A stretch of 64,000 nucleotides of DNA from an uncultured Spirochaetota bacterium (GCA_963781885.1 CAWAHW010000002.1:480001-544000); one strand, 5' to 3'; positions 19,627 to 30,818 are shown, counted from the stretch's first letter. The notes: generated from the sequence alone by a model not told the origin. A program made the numbers and translations.

Positions 19627-20600
19627 GCTCGTTGATCGATTCCTCTCCGGCGCTTGCCTTCATGCGCGCGCACCGCTCCTTCGTCGTCGTGGGGCACAAG
19701 GAGCCGGACGGGGACTGCGTCGCCTCCCAGCTTGCCGCGGCGGCGCTCCTGCGCGCGCTAGGCGCCGAGGTGACGCTCCATTCGGCGGGACCATTCGATC
19801 GGCCCGAGATCGCCGAATTTGAGGGCTCATTTTCGGCGACCATACCCGATTCCCGACGCAAGGGCAGCGCGGCGCTGATCGTGGACTGCTCGACGCCGGA
19901 TCGCACTGGAGCCCTCGGCAGCCGGCTGGAAGGGCTTCCCTGCCTCGTGATCGACCATCATTCCGCCGGCGAGCCTTTCGGCGATGCCCGATTCGTGGAC
20001 GCGGCGGCCCCCTCCACGACCGTGCTCATCCAGCGGCTTTTCGACGACGCCGGTATCGCCTACGATGCCGACACGGCCCGTCTCATGCTCTTCGGGCTGT
20101 GCACCGACACGGGTTTCTTCCGGCACCTGGGGAGGAACAGCGCGTCGACCTTCCGCACCGTCGCGCGCCTTGTCGAACAGGGCACCTCCACGTCGGAGAT
20201 CTTCATGATGGTGTACGGCCGGCGCGAGCTTTCGGCGCGCAAGCTGCTGGCGGAAATGCTTTTGCGGACGGAAAGCCATCGCGACGATCGGCTTCTCATC
20301 ACCTGGCAGACCCGGGAGGACCGGGATCGCCTTTCCGCGCACCAACGCGGGGAAGACGACGTGTATCGCCTCCTGCAGACCATCAAGGGCAACGTCGTGG
20401 TCGCCCTCATCAAGGAAGAAGGCGAGCTCCGCTTCTCCGTCGGCCTTCGCTCCACGAACGCCCTGGACGTGGGGGCGATCGCCGCGTCATTCGGCGGCGG
20501 CGGGCACAAGCAGGCAGCGGGATTCGACATTGCGGGAAGCCTTTCCCACGTGAAGGAGACACTCGTGCACGTGCTCTTCCCGCTGCTCGACCATTTGTAA
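19623..20600 (+). CDS. nrnA: DHH family bifunctional oligoribonuclease/PAP phosphatase
   Basis: HKEPDGDC, VDCS, IDHH, TDTG, GGGGHKQAAG. Confidence 0.9.
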   Translation: MSSLIDSSPALAFMRAHRSFVVVGHKEPDGDCVASQLAAAALLRALGAEVTLHSAGPFDRPEIAEFEGSFSATIPDSRRKGSAALIVDCSTPDRTGALGSRLEGLPCLVIDHHSAGEPFGDARFVDAAAPSTTVLIQRLFDDAGIAYDADTARLMLFGLCTDTGFFRHLGRNSASTFRTVARLVEQGTSTSEIFMMVYGRRELSARKLLAEMLLRTESHRDDRLLITWQTREDRDRLSAHQRGEDDVYRLLQTIKGNVVVALIKEEGELRFSVGLRSTNALDVGAIAASFGGGGHKQAAGFDIAGSLSHVKETLVHVLFPLLDHL

Positions 20601-20694
20601 GCGAATGTAAGGATTGGGCCCGTTCGGGACTCCTTTTTCCCCCTTTTCTGGCACGAGGCTTGCACTCCTCCCGATCGCAATCGAGGAGGAAAGA

Positions 20695-21552
20695 ATGGAA
20701 AGTCTCACGGAAAAAGTCCTTCAGTACCAGAAATCGCGCGAAGGCCTGCGCACGCTCATGGACGAGATCGCCCCGCGCGTCTACCAGTTCCCCCGGCGCA
20801 CGATGGGCTGGGATGAGGACGCATGCGGTGACTTCTACGTTTTCATCCACCCGCGCATCGTCCGTCTCCTGGACCGGTTCCGCGACCAGGGCAAGCCCTT
20901 CGAGTCCTACCTTTGGGCCGTCCTGGGCTGGCAGCTTCGCAACTTCGCCCGCGAGCGCAGGCGGTCCGAGCGTGCCTGGCAGGTGTCGCTCCGCATTGAC
21001 CCGGGGGACCTCGTCACGCGGGATCACGCGGATGAAGAGGACGATGCCGGCGCCTTGCGAACATATGCCCGTCTTGGGAAGGTCCTGCGGAGCGGCGCGG
21101 ACAGGCGCAATTTCCTGTTCCTGGTCCTGAAGTGCGCGCGGGTGCTCGACGAGGAAAGCGCCCGGCCGCTTGCGGCCATCGCCGGGGTCACCGTGGAGGC
21201 GTTGCTCTCTCTGGCAAGCGCGCTTCGGGAGATGCGACGGTCGCGGCTCGCGCGGCTCGAGACGTTGCGCTGCAGGCGAAACAAGGCTTTCTCACAGGCG
21301 CGGCTCATCGAGGCGGAGCTGAAGGCCGAGACCGCCCCCGAAAGGATAGAATCGCTGCAAATCGCCCTGCACCGCGCGCGCCGCAGAACGGCCGGCTCTG
21401 CCGCGCGGATGGCAAAAGTGGGCGTTTCACCGACGAATCTCGAGATCGCGCGCATTCTGGGCATTCCCAAGGGCACCGTCGACTCCGGACTTTTCTGGTT
21501 GAAGAAGAAACTGACGTCGGTATATGATCCTGAAGGCCTGAGGACTGCATGA
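20695..21552 (+). CDS. Atypical sigma70-like protein (region 2-like and region 4 HTH)
   Basis: GAGGAGG RBS; FESYLWAVLGWQLRNFARE; TNLEIARILGIPKGTVDSGLFWLKKKL. Confidence 0.6.
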   Translation: MESLTEKVLQYQKSREGLRTLMDEIAPRVYQFPRRTMGWDEDACGDFYVFIHPRIVRLLDRFRDQGKPFESYLWAVLGWQLRNFARERRRSERAWQVSLRIDPGDLVTRDHADEEDDAGALRTYARLGKVLRSGADRRNFLFLVLKCARVLDEESARPLAAIAGVTVEALLSLASALREMRRSRLARLETLRCRRNKAFSQARLIEAELKAETAPERIESLQIALHRARRRTAGSAARMAKVGVSPTNLEIARILGIPKGTVDSGLFWLKKKLTSVYDPEGLRTA

Positions 21553-22160
21553 TGGTGACCGAGCTGCTGCTTGCATCGAATAACGAACACAAAAGACTCG
21601 AGCTCGATCGCCTCTTTCCCGGCGTGACCGTCAAGATGCCCCGGGATATGGGCCTCTCCTTCGATTTCGAGGAAGATGGAGAGACGTTCCTCGCGAATGC
21701 GCATGGCAAGGCAATGGCGCTCTTCGAGGCGGCGCGCATGCCCGTCATCGCCGATGACTCCGGCCTCTGTGTCCCGGCCCTGGGCGGGGAGCCGGGCATC
21801 TATTCCAACCGCTACGGCGTCGCGCCCGGCGCGAAACCCCTGGAAACGCCCGCGCGCAACGAGTACCTGCTGGGACGCATGCGCGGGGAGCAGGCCAGGG
21901 ACGCCTATTTCGTATGCTGCCTCGTGGTCGTGCTTGGGGAGAGCAGGTTTCTCGTGGCGCAGGAGACCGCGGAAGGGGTGATTGCCGATGCGCCCCGGGG
22001 CAGGAATGGTTTCGGATACGACCCGCTCTTCCTTTTTCCCGGCCTGAAGCGAACGATGGCCGAGCTTTCGGATACCGAGAAGGACACGCTGTCCCACCGG
22101 GGGCGAGCTGCGCGACGGATGCTCGCGTTGCTTCGCGCTGACGTTCTAAGGTATTTGGCC
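21549..22160 (+). CDS. rdgB: Non-canonical purine NTP pyrophosphatase (RdgB/HAM1); ORF reads on through the repeat array to 22808
   Basis: ASNNEHK, ADDSGL, PGIYS.RY, GFGYDPLF, SHRG; homologous domain ends near 22140 with no in-frame stop. Confidence 0.9.
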
Positions 22161-22161
22161 G

Positions 22162-22370
22162 GCCACGGAGTACCGTGGCGGACCGAATGCCACGGAGTAC
22201 CGTGGCGGACCGAATGCCACGGAGTACCGTGGCGGACCGAATGCCACGGAGTACCGTGGCGGACCGAATGCCACGGAGTACCGTGGCGGACCGAATGCCA
22301 CGGAGTACCGTGGCGGACCGAATGCCACGGAGTACCGTGGCGGACCGAATGCCACGGAGTACCGTGGCGG
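22162..22370. repeat. Tandem array of 27-bp units (7 full + 1 partial), each containing a hairpin
   Basis: Unit GCCACGGAGTACCGTGGCGGACCGAAT at 22162, 22189, 22216, 22243, 22270, 22297, 22324, 22351; identical linkers. Confidence 0.97.
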
Positions 22371-22374
22371 AGGA

Positions 22375-23433
22375 ATGTTGATGGACCTGATCGCAGAGTA
22401 TGCAAACGGGGTGTCGGAGCTCACGAAGTTCTCGCTCAAGCAGGAACAGCTCCCGCTGATCGTGGACGTCATCGTCAACCCCCACGCAGGCTTCTTCAAG
22501 CGCCTGTCCACCGTGTCGAAGCTGATCGCCGAGCTCGATATGAAGCTTGCGGAGCTCCGGCATCGCGCCCCGCGCCGGAAGATCGAGGTGAACACGGTGC
22601 ATTTCACGGAGCACCCGGGTCACGCGCGGCTGATCACGGAAAAAATCCTGGACGACGAGGCGCGGACAACGTCGGGCATCGAACGCCTCCTGATCGCGTG
22701 CGGCGGGGACGGCACGAGCAACGAGATCTGCACGGCCCTTGTCGGCGCGGAGTCGCCGATCCTGGACCAGATGAAGCTCCTGCGCCTTCCTCTGGGCACG
22801 GGAAATGACGTCGCCGACGCGCCCACCTTCGCCGACGCATATGACCTGATACTCGGATCCAGGGAGGCCACGAAGACGGGAGCCCTCCGGGTCACCGCCG
22901 CGGCGGCGCCGCCGCGCTACTCGTTCAATATCGGGAGCATCGGTCTGGATGCTTTCATCGCCGGTCTCACGAACAACTTCAAGCGCGTGATCCCGGGGGA
23001 CGCCTACAAGCTCATGGTGGACATCGGCTCCCTGTTCTACGAGCGGAGGATCAAGCCGCTGCCGATGGACATCGCGGTGACGGGGAACGGGGTCACGAAG
23101 CAGCTTCCATCATTCGTCCCCTCCATGGTGGCCATGGGCATCAGCGGCGGACGGACCTACGGCGGGCACATGCCCGTGCTGCCGGGCGCGGATAATCTCT
23201 GCATCGTCGGGAGCATGACCGTATTGGAGAAGATCCGCAACAAGAAGCTCTTCTACGTCGGTCGGCACGGCGAGCTGCCGCAGGCGCGCTTCTTTACCGC
23301 GTCCCGCATCGACATCGGCTATCGCGGCCGGATTCCGATGCAGCTCGACGGGGAATTCGCGTGGCTCACGCCCGCCGATTTCCCCCTCTCCATGGAGGTC
23401 CTTCCCCCCCGCATCAGGGTCCTGCGGCACTAA
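22375..23433 (+). CDS. Diacylglycerol/lipid kinase family protein
   Basis: IVNPHAG, CGGDGT, LPLGTGND, GLDA, QLDGE. Confidence 0.88.
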   Translation: MLMDLIAEYANGVSELTKFSLKQEQLPLIVDVIVNPHAGFFKRLSTVSKLIAELDMKLAELRHRAPRRKIEVNTVHFTEHPGHARLITEKILDDEARTTSGIERLLIACGGDGTSNEICTALVGAESPILDQMKLLRLPLGTGNDVADAPTFADAYDLILGSREATKTGALRVTAAAAPPRYSFNIGSIGLDAFIAGLTNNFKRVIPGDAYKLMVDIGSLFYERRIKPLPMDIAVTGNGVTKQLPSFVPSMVAMGISGGRTYGGHMPVLPGADNLCIVGSMTVLEKIRNKKLFYVGRHGELPQARFFTASRIDIGYRGRIPMQLDGEFAWLTPADFPLSMEVLPPRIRVLRH

Positions 23434-26400
23434 ATATCCGGCTCATGGCCTGCCTCTGAAAGCGACTGGAGCAAGCGGTCCCAGCGATACCCATGCGCTT
23501 CGGCGGCCGCGCGCACCGTTGCCGGGTCCTGCACGCTCAGGCCGTCGGCACGCAGCGCGACGGCCGCGCAGTCGACGGCGACCAGCAGGGATTCCTTCCT
23601 GCACCAGCGCACTCCCTCGAACGAATTGACGCCGAAGGCGCTCTCTGCTGACGGCAGGGCAAGGATGGCCGCCCACGTGATCCTACGATCCCGGCTGCCG
23701 GGCGCCATCCGCGATTCGGCATCCAGCAGCAGCTCCACCAGGGAGATGGCTCCCCTGCTCGCTTCCGCGTCCCACCCGGCATGCTGCAGGAACTCGGCAA
23801 GGGGGGCGGCGAGCATCCATTCCTGCATGAAGGCCGGAAGCGGCGATTCTGAAGGCGACGGGCCGGCAAGGGGCCGCAGGATCCTCCATGCCTGAAGAAA
23901 GGCTTCCACGGGCGGGTTGGAAATGGCGGCAATCGCGGACTTGGCCGCGGCGTCGGAACGGGGAACGGTGCGCGCAGCTTTGACGCCGGTCCCTGCGGGT
24001 GCGGTCAGAAATGATTCGAACTCCTTCAGGGCAGCGGCGGCGTCGATGCGGCCGCGCGCGTGGGGCGCGATCGCGTCGAGCAAGCCGGCGTAGAGGCGAA
24101 GACTCTCCGCGCGCGGCGAATCCGCCGCACGCCACAGCGCGGTCTTGAAGGCGTTGATGAGCGGCCGAAGCTCCCGCTCTCGAAGGGCTGCATCGAGACT
24201 GGGTACACCCCGGCCTTCCAGCTCATGCGCCAGGCGCGACCAGCGGCCCTGCGGGTCGTCGTGGATCACGCCGAGGTCGAGGAACACCTGGCACTGGTAG
24301 GCACTCAGCTCGGCGTACAGCCCTTTCTCCCACAGCTCGCGGCAGCTGCGCATGAACTGCAGACCCGAGCGGTGCTCGCGGAAGACCAGGAACGCCGAGG
24401 GATCGTTGGGCAGCGCGAGCCCTTCGGCGAGCTGCTTCTGCACGATGGTCTTCCCATCGGGGGTCTTCACCGCATAGCCGACGGAGGTGCGCACCCAGCC
24501 CCGTGCGCGCGCGTAGCGGTTGTTGTAGAGCACCAGGCCCTGCTCGTCGCCCCTGCGGTTGGAGTATGCGAAGACGTCCTCGTTGACGGCGCCTTCCTGC
24601 CAGAAATCGTAGAGCAGGAAGGCTTCCACGCCGGAGAAGATATGGCGCCGGCGCAGCAGCGGGAAGATCTCTCGCTCGTGCCGTTCCACCAGTCCCGCGC
24701 TGACGGCTTCATTCCAGTAGGCGCGGCGGAACTCCATGCCGTACTTCTCCTTGAAGCCTTCCAGCTGGCCGTGCGCGAACATGGGCAGGCCCGGCAGCGT
24801 GGCAAGGAGCGTGCAGACGCCGATGTACTTGTCGCCGTCGCCGAACTGCTCGATGGCGGTCTGCTCGTCGGGATTGCTCATGAAGTTCACGAAGCGCTTC
24901 AGCACCTCGGGATCGAACTCCAGCGTGTTGCAGATGGTCTGCCGATAGCCGGCGTTGTCCTCATCCTTCAGCATGTGCATGAAGGCGCTGTTGTAGACCC
25001 GGTGCATGCCGAGGGTGCGGACGAAGAATCCTTCCAGGAGCCAGAACGCCTCTGCGAGAAGGAGCGTGTCCGGCGCCTCCCGCGCCACCCTGTCCACGAC
25101 CTCCCGCCAGAACTCCGCGGGCATGGCACGGTCGAAATCGTGCCTGCTCATGCCGTTGCCGGCCCGTGACGGGATATCTCCTCCCTTGCCGGGCTCGGGG
25201 AACCACAGCCTCTGGTAATGCTTCTTGGCGAGCGTCATGGCCGCGTCGAAGCGGATGATGGGGAAGGACCGCGCGACGTGAAGAATGGTCTGGATCACCG
25301 CCTCGCGCGTCTCGGGATTCAGGAAATCAAGCTGCGCCGTGTCGTTCCACGGCATGTGCGTGCCGTCGTTGCCGTGGTAGATCAGGCGCGTGTCGCCGGT
25401 GGCGAAATCGACGCGCTTGAACACGACGGCCGCGTCGCTCTTGTCCCAGTAGTGGTCCTCGAGGTACACCCCGACGCCTGGTGTCCGGGAGACGTTCGGC
25501 CCGTTGAACGTGTAGGAGGGGAAGGGCGGCCAGGGGTGCGGCCACGACAGGAAGCGGCCGGGGTGCCGCGCCATCCACCGGGAATCCACGCCCGTGTGGT
25601 TGGGCACCATGTCGCTTGCCAGGCGGATGCCGCGCTGCCAGGCGCGTGCTTTTAGGTCGTCCAGCGCCTGCTGGCCGCCCAGCTCCGCGGCAACGACATA
25701 GTCGAACAGCGAATAGGCGGATGCCTCCGCGTCGGCGTTTCCCATGCGCCGCTTGATCTCGCGCGATGCGCCGCTGCGCTCCCAGACGCCGATGAGCCAG
25801 AGCGCCGTGAAACCCGCGCGCGACAGCCGGTCCAGCTCTTCATCGGGCACCTGGTCGAGACGGCGAATATCGCGGCCGTGCGCGCGCGAAAGCTGGTCCA
25901 GCCACACCAACGCATTCTTGGCGATCATGACGGCGCGCGGCATCCAGTCCTTGTCCGCGCTGAATGCCTCCACCTCGCCGGCCTGGCCGGCGTATTCGTA
26001 GACCTCGGGCGGGCCCGGTGGGAGCCCCCGGAAGCGCATCTTCTCTTCTTCGCGGATGATGTCGAGGCCCGTGAGAAGGCGCAGGAGGAAGTCCCCCAGC
26101 AGCGATGCCCACCGCGCGCGGATGTACTCCAGCTGCCCCTTCAGCGAATGGGGCGCCGCGCGCATGGGGCTTTCCAGCATCGTGACGAGGTCCTGGTTGT
26201 CCGGCCCGAACGGAGGCTCGCCGGCGAAGAATCCTCCCAGGAGGCCGACGATCTGCCGGTAAGGCGTCCGCGCGAGCTCCGCGTCGTCAAAGAGCTCGCC
26301 GAAAGGGGAAAAGGCGGGGTTGGCGTTGGCATGCGACACCAGGAGCATATGCGGGAGGACGGCCGCCGCGTCGGGGAATACCTCGCCGAAGCGCGCCTCC

Positions 26401-26733
26401 CCGGTGCGCAGGGCCTCTTCACCGACATGCTCCCCGAGTGACTTCTCCGCCCGGGAGAAGACCGCGGGGTCGATGCGGCGGGCGTACAGCCCGATCACGT
26501 GGTGGAGGATCTCGTCGATCAGGCCCATGGCGTTCAGGTCGCCGGCGCGAAGAACGGCCTCCGCGGGAGACCCTTCCACGCGACGCGCGTCATTCGATCT
26601 TCTGCGTGAGCATTCTCGCGGCATGAAGGTCCAGGACGACGGCGTCCGTCGCGCCCGGCTCCGCGGCAACGCCGTAGCGTCGGCGCGCGGCCAGTCGGAC
26701 GGGAAAGGAATACACGCCCGCTGCGTCGCTCAT
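23430..26733 (-). CDS. Large GH13 alpha-amylase family protein (one frameshift near 26595)
   Basis: DMVPNHTG, PWNDTAQL, IRFDAAM, LAEAFW, NPDE; likely start ATG 26733 overlaps malQ stop; one extra base breaks ...QKI/NDARR. Confidence 0.88.
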
Positions 26734-28727
26734 GGTCGTTCCTTTCCCGCGGCGGTGCCGCGCCGCTTTTCAATGAGCGCACGGAGGTCGGATGAAAGTC
26801 CTTGCCGGCCGCACAAGGCTTCCGTGGAAAGCGGCATCCGCCACGTCCAGTTTTCATCATTCAACGTGCCGGGGACATTGATGCGGTCGGCGCGGGGGTC
26901 GTCCGACCAGAGGTCTTCGTCGAGGTCCAGGATGTCCTGGACTTGGAACATGACGAGGGCGCTTGCCGCGTCGAGGCAGTGCGAGAAAATCCGCCGCAGG
27001 AGCGCGGGGGTCATGCGGGCCGGGCATTCTTCGCCGGTGGCGAGCGATGCATGGTAGAGCGCGCGCTCCGCGGCGTCTTCCTCCCACCACCCACGGATGG
27101 TGGAGGTATCGTGGACCGACGGCGTGCAGACGCTGAGACGCGGGTAACGCGACGGGGGAATGAACGGCGCGGGAGATCCCGCCGGTGCCGTATCGTAGGC
27201 GCGGGACCAGCGTACGATGCGCAGGCCCAGGATGCCCCGCCGTGAGAGCACACGCGGCACGCAGCGCGGGACGTCGCCGAGGTCCTCCGCGCAGACCAGC
27301 ATGTCCGTGGCCGTCTGGAGGGTGCGCAGGAGGTCCTCCCCGCGTCGCTCCCAATCCAGCTCCGATTCCTCCCTTTTTCGGCCCACGAGCATTCGAAGGG
27401 CTTCCTGCTCGGCAGGGGAAAGGCTCTGGAAGCCCTTCTTTTGCTCCATGTACCACGCGGGATAGTGCAGGCCGGCGTCCGAAAGGAGCGTGCGGTTGGC
27501 ATGCCAGCTTCGCAGGAAGCTCTTTACTTCGGGGGCCTCATCGAGCGCCGCGATTGCCCGTTCGCCATCGATCTCCTCCCGGAGATTGTAGAGGTCTTCC
27601 GTGCCGACCCGTTTCAGGTGGAGCCCTGCGACGCGCGCCGCCTCGATCCCGAGCGCGGCGGCAAGCTCACCGCCGCTCACGTGGGGAAGCGAGAGCCAGC
27701 GCATCCTTGCCTTGTCGAAACCGATTGCGGCAAGATCGGCGTCCGTCATCCCTGCCGACGGGGAGAACCGGCCGAGCAGGCCGGTGAGCTCTCCGCGGGG
27801 GATGCGCCAGATGCGGAAGAAGCCCAGCACGTGGTCGATGCGGAAGGCGTGGAAAAACTTGCCTGCCTGCCGCAGACGCGCTTTCCACCAGGCATAGTCG
27901 TCCCGGGCAATGGCCTCCCAGTCGTACACGGGAAAGCCCCAGTTCTGGCCGTCGGGGGAGAACATGTCCGGCGGGGCGCCCGCGCGTGCGCCCAGGTCGA
28001 AATAACTCCGATGCGCCCAGACATCGGCGCTTTCGGGGCTCATGAGGATCGGGACGTCGCCTTTCAGGAAGACACCCATGGCCTCCATGGCGCGGGAGGC
28101 TTCCGCAAGCTGCTTTTCCAGGAGAAACTGGACCCATGCGGAAGGCATGCACAATGAAGGATTCGATTCCCACCACTCCTGGATTTCTTCATGGCGCGGC
28201 GCCGTCATCGCCGGCCAGGTGGACCACGCGGCGGCGTTGTTCTGCCTCCTGAGCGCCGTGAAAACCGCGTACGGCACGACCCAGGCATTCTCCGCGCGCC
28301 AGCGGGCGAACGCCGGGTCGGACCCGATGGCGGCGGCATTGTCCTGGTAGATGCGGTCCATGATGGAAAGCTTGAAATCGCGCACGGCGCGATAGGCAAA
28401 ACGTCCCCGTGCCGCCGATTCCCGCGTGGAGGTTTCCGCCATGAACTGCGCAATGGCGGCCGCATGTGCGGCCGCGCCGGGCACCGATTGCAGGTGCAGG
28501 TAGAGCGGGTGGAGCGCAAACGCGGAAAGCGCGCTGTAGGGGGAGCTGTCTGCGCCCGTGTCGTTCACGGGAAGGAGCTGGACAACGTCCAGCCCGACGC
28601 TCCGGCACCACGACGCGAGGATCGGCAGGTCAGCGAACTCCCCGACGCCGCAGCCTGCGGCGGTGCGCAGGGCCGCCACGGGAATCGAGATGCCCGTGAA
28701 GGACCGGTCCAACGGGGGAAATCGCAT
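26730..28727 (-). CDS. malQ: 4-alpha-glucanotransferase (amylomaltase, GH77)
   Basis: QLLPVND, SPYSALSAFA, GAPPDMFS.DGQNWG.P.Y, RIDHVLG, AEDLG, RINVPG..NW. Confidence 0.95.
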   Translation of the reverse strand: MRFPPLDRSFTGISIPVAALRTAAGCGVGEFADLPILASWCRSVGLDVVQLLPVNDTGADSSPYSALSAFALHPLYLHLQSVPGAAAHAAAIAQFMAETSTRESAARGRFAYRAVRDFKLSIMDRIYQDNAAAIGSDPAFARWRAENAWVVPYAVFTALRRQNNAAAWSTWPAMTAPRHEEIQEWWESNPSLCMPSAWVQFLLEKQLAEASRAMEAMGVFLKGDVPILMSPESADVWAHRSYFDLGARAGAPPDMFSPDGQNWGFPVYDWEAIARDDYAWWKARLRQAGKFFHAFRIDHVLGFFRIWRIPRGELTGLLGRFSPSAGMTDADLAAIGFDKARMRWLSLPHVSGGELAAALGIEAARVAGLHLKRVGTEDLYNLREEIDGERAIAALDEAPEVKSFLRSWHANRTLLSDAGLHYPAWYMEQKKGFQSLSPAEQEALRMLVGRKREESELDWERRGEDLLRTLQTATDMLVCAEDLGDVPRCVPRVLSRRGILGLRIVRWSRAYDTAPAGSPAPFIPPSRYPRLSVCTPSVHDTSTIRGWWEEDAAERALYHASLATGEECPARMTPALLRRIFSHCLDAASALVMFQVQDILDLDEDLWSDDPRADRINVPGTLNDENWTWRMPLSTEALCGRQGLSSDLRALIEKRRGTAAGKERP

Positions 28728-28810
28728 ATCGCCTCTCTGCAAGGGTAGAGGATGGACCCCACCCTGTCAATTTGCAGATCGAACGGGCGCGAGGCGGGGC
28801 GAGAGACCCT

Positions 28811-28987
28811 TCAGGAATCCACCGGCATCGGATTGCAGAGATTGGCCTCGCAGTCGGCCACCCGCCCGCAGTTGAAGCAGATGAACCGGGGAGCGCGCGC
28901 GAGCTGCATGACGGCCTGGAGCTGTCCCTGGCTCGCCAGGACGCAGAGGTGTCCCTGGTGGTCTCCCTTGCATACGTGCTGTTTCAT
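28811..28987 (-). CDS. Small (58 aa) Cys/His-rich putative metal-binding protein, not in the ORF track
   Basis: MKQHVCKGDHQGHLCVLASQGQLQAVMQLARAPRFICFNCGRVADCEANLCNPMPVDS. Confidence 0.75.
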   Translation of the reverse strand: MKQHVCKGDHQGHLCVLASQGQLQAVMQLARAPRFICFNCGRVADCEANLCNPMPVDS

Positions 28988-29079
28988 GTGCTTCCATTAG
29001 ATGCGTCACTCCCGCAAAAAGTCAAGCAAAGATCGTGGTGGGCAGGCTTGGACGACAGAATATGCAAAGGAGGCCGTCG

Positions 29080-29616
29080 TTGAACCGCAGCAACATCCCT
29101 GTCGAGTCATTCGTCGTTCCCGTCACAGAAACGTGGGAGCAGCAAGGGCTCCTCCTTGCGGCCGGTGACTTTGCGGGCAAGGACTACAACTGCATGACCG
29201 TCGGCTGGGGCAGCTTCGGCGTGATGTGGGGAATGCCCATGGCGATGGTCGTCGTGCGTCCGACCCGTCACACGTGGCAGTTCATGGAGCGCGCGGACAG
29301 CTTCTCCCTTTCCGCCTTCACGGAAGAGCACCGCGCGAAGCTTTCCTACTGCGGCAGCCATTCGGGACGCGACGGGGACAAGGCGGCCGCAGCCGGTCTC
29401 ACGGCGATACCCTGCGCTTCCATACGGTCGCCCGGGTTCGACGAGGCCGAGCTGATCGTCGAATGTAAAAAGATCTACTGGAGCGATTTCGATCCCGCGC
29501 GCTTTCTCGACCCGGCCATCGAAACCCATTATCCGAAGAAGGACTACCACCGCATGTATTTCGGCCAGATCGTCGCGCTCACGGGCACGCCGCGGTGGCG
29601 CGGATCCATCGCGTGA
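29080..29616 (+). CDS. Flavin reductase family protein
   Basis: NCMTVGWG, VRPTRHT, GSHSGRDGDK, YH.MY.G; AAGGAGG RBS before TTG. Confidence 0.88.
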   Translation: MNRSNIPVESFVVPVTETWEQQGLLLAAGDFAGKDYNCMTVGWGSFGVMWGMPMAMVVVRPTRHTWQFMERADSFSLSAFTEEHRAKLSYCGSHSGRDGDKAAAAGLTAIPCASIRSPGFDEAELIVECKKIYWSDFDPARFLDPAIETHYPKKDYHRMYFGQIVALTGTPRWRGSIA

Positions 29617-30746
29617 CGCCCGCGCTTCCCCTCCACAACCCCCGGCCCGATGCGCGCCATTTTCTCGACGTCGTGATGGGCCGCGCGGTCGACGTTCCCC
29701 CTCTCGTCGAATACCTGGTGGACGACGTCGTGATGAAGCCGATCGTGGAAAACCTGCTCGGCCGGCCGTGGCAGCCCGCGGGCTCCACGGGCACCAATCA
29801 CGAGATGCGTCGTTCCGCGCCCGCGCGCGAGGCGCAGAAGGCGTACCTCGACACCTTCGTCGAGTTCTGGCTGCGGATGGGGTACGACTTCGTCCGCTTC
29901 GAGCAGGACCTTGGGTTCCCCGAGTCCCGGCTGGAGCTCGCCGACACGGCGCCCGGGTCCTCGAAGCAGCGGGCATGGGCGGATCCGCACGGCGGCTCCA
30001 TCAGGACCTGGGACGACTTTGAGCGCTATGCGTGGCCGAAGGTCGAGGATTTCGATTTCTTCCCATTCGACTACCTGGGCTCCCACCTGCCGGACGGGAT
30101 GGGCATGATCACCTGTCACGGCGGCGGCGTCTACGAGCACCTGTCGTGGATCATGTCCTACGAAGGGTTGTGCCTCGCGCTTTTCGATGCGCCCGATCTC
30201 GTGAGGGCGGTGGCGGACAGGATCGGCGGGCTGCTCGTGCAGTTCTATCGCCACCTCCTCGACCTTCCCGGCGTCGTGGCCATCTTCCAGGGCGACGACA
30301 TGGGCTTCAAGACCGGCACGCTGCTCGCGCCCAAGATGCTGCGCACCTACTGCCTTCCATGGCAGAAGAGGCTCGCCGGCATGACGCACGACGCGGGGCG
30401 CCCCTATTTTCTCCACTCGTGCGGCAATCTCCTCCAGATCATGGACGACCTGATCGACGACGTGAAGATCGACGGCAAGCATTCCTTCGAGAACACCATC
30501 ATGCCGGTCCAGGATTTCCAGAAGAGATTCGCCGGACGCGTCGCGGCGCTCGGCGGTCTGGACATCAACATCCTCACGCGCGGCACGCCCGCGGATGTGA
30601 GGGCCGAGACGGGACGGCTCATGGATGCCTGCGGTCCCCGGGGCAGGTACGCCGTGGGATCGGGCAACTCCATTCCCAGCTACATTCCCGTTGCCAATTA
30701 CCTTGCGATGGTGGAAGAGGCGGTGACGCGGCGCGGGCTCTCGTGA
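29613..30746 (+). CDS. Uroporphyrinogen decarboxylase/MtaA-like TIM-barrel protein
   Basis: GDDMGFK, LHSCGN, GGLDI, GSGNSI. Confidence 0.85.
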   Translation: MTPALPLHNPRPDARHFLDVVMGRAVDVPPLVEYLVDDVVMKPIVENLLGRPWQPAGSTGTNHEMRRSAPAREAQKAYLDTFVEFWLRMGYDFVRFEQDLGFPESRLELADTAPGSSKQRAWADPHGGSIRTWDDFERYAWPKVEDFDFFPFDYLGSHLPDGMGMITCHGGGVYEHLSWIMSYEGLCLALFDAPDLVRAVADRIGGLLVQFYRHLLDLPGVVAIFQGDDMGFKTGTLLAPKMLRTYCLPWQKRLAGMTHDAGRPYFLHSCGNLLQIMDDLIDDVKIDGKHSFENTIMPVQDFQKRFAGRVAALGGLDINILTRGTPADVRAETGRLMDACGPRGRYAVGSGNSIPSYIPVANYLAMVEEAVTRRGLS

Positions 30747-30818
30747 GGTCACGGGTCGACGCGCGGGCCGCTCTGCCGCCCGCCGGTGGACCGCATGCGC
30801 GGCGCGGAGCGCGCCTGT

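Noticed and set aside
22162-22370. CRISPR array
   Set aside because: Linkers are identical and only 9 nt, and there are no cas genes; it is a tandem repeat
26580-26733. Unusual N-terminus of GH13 in the ORF track
   Set aside because: Artefact of one extra base near 26595; the real start is ATG 26733
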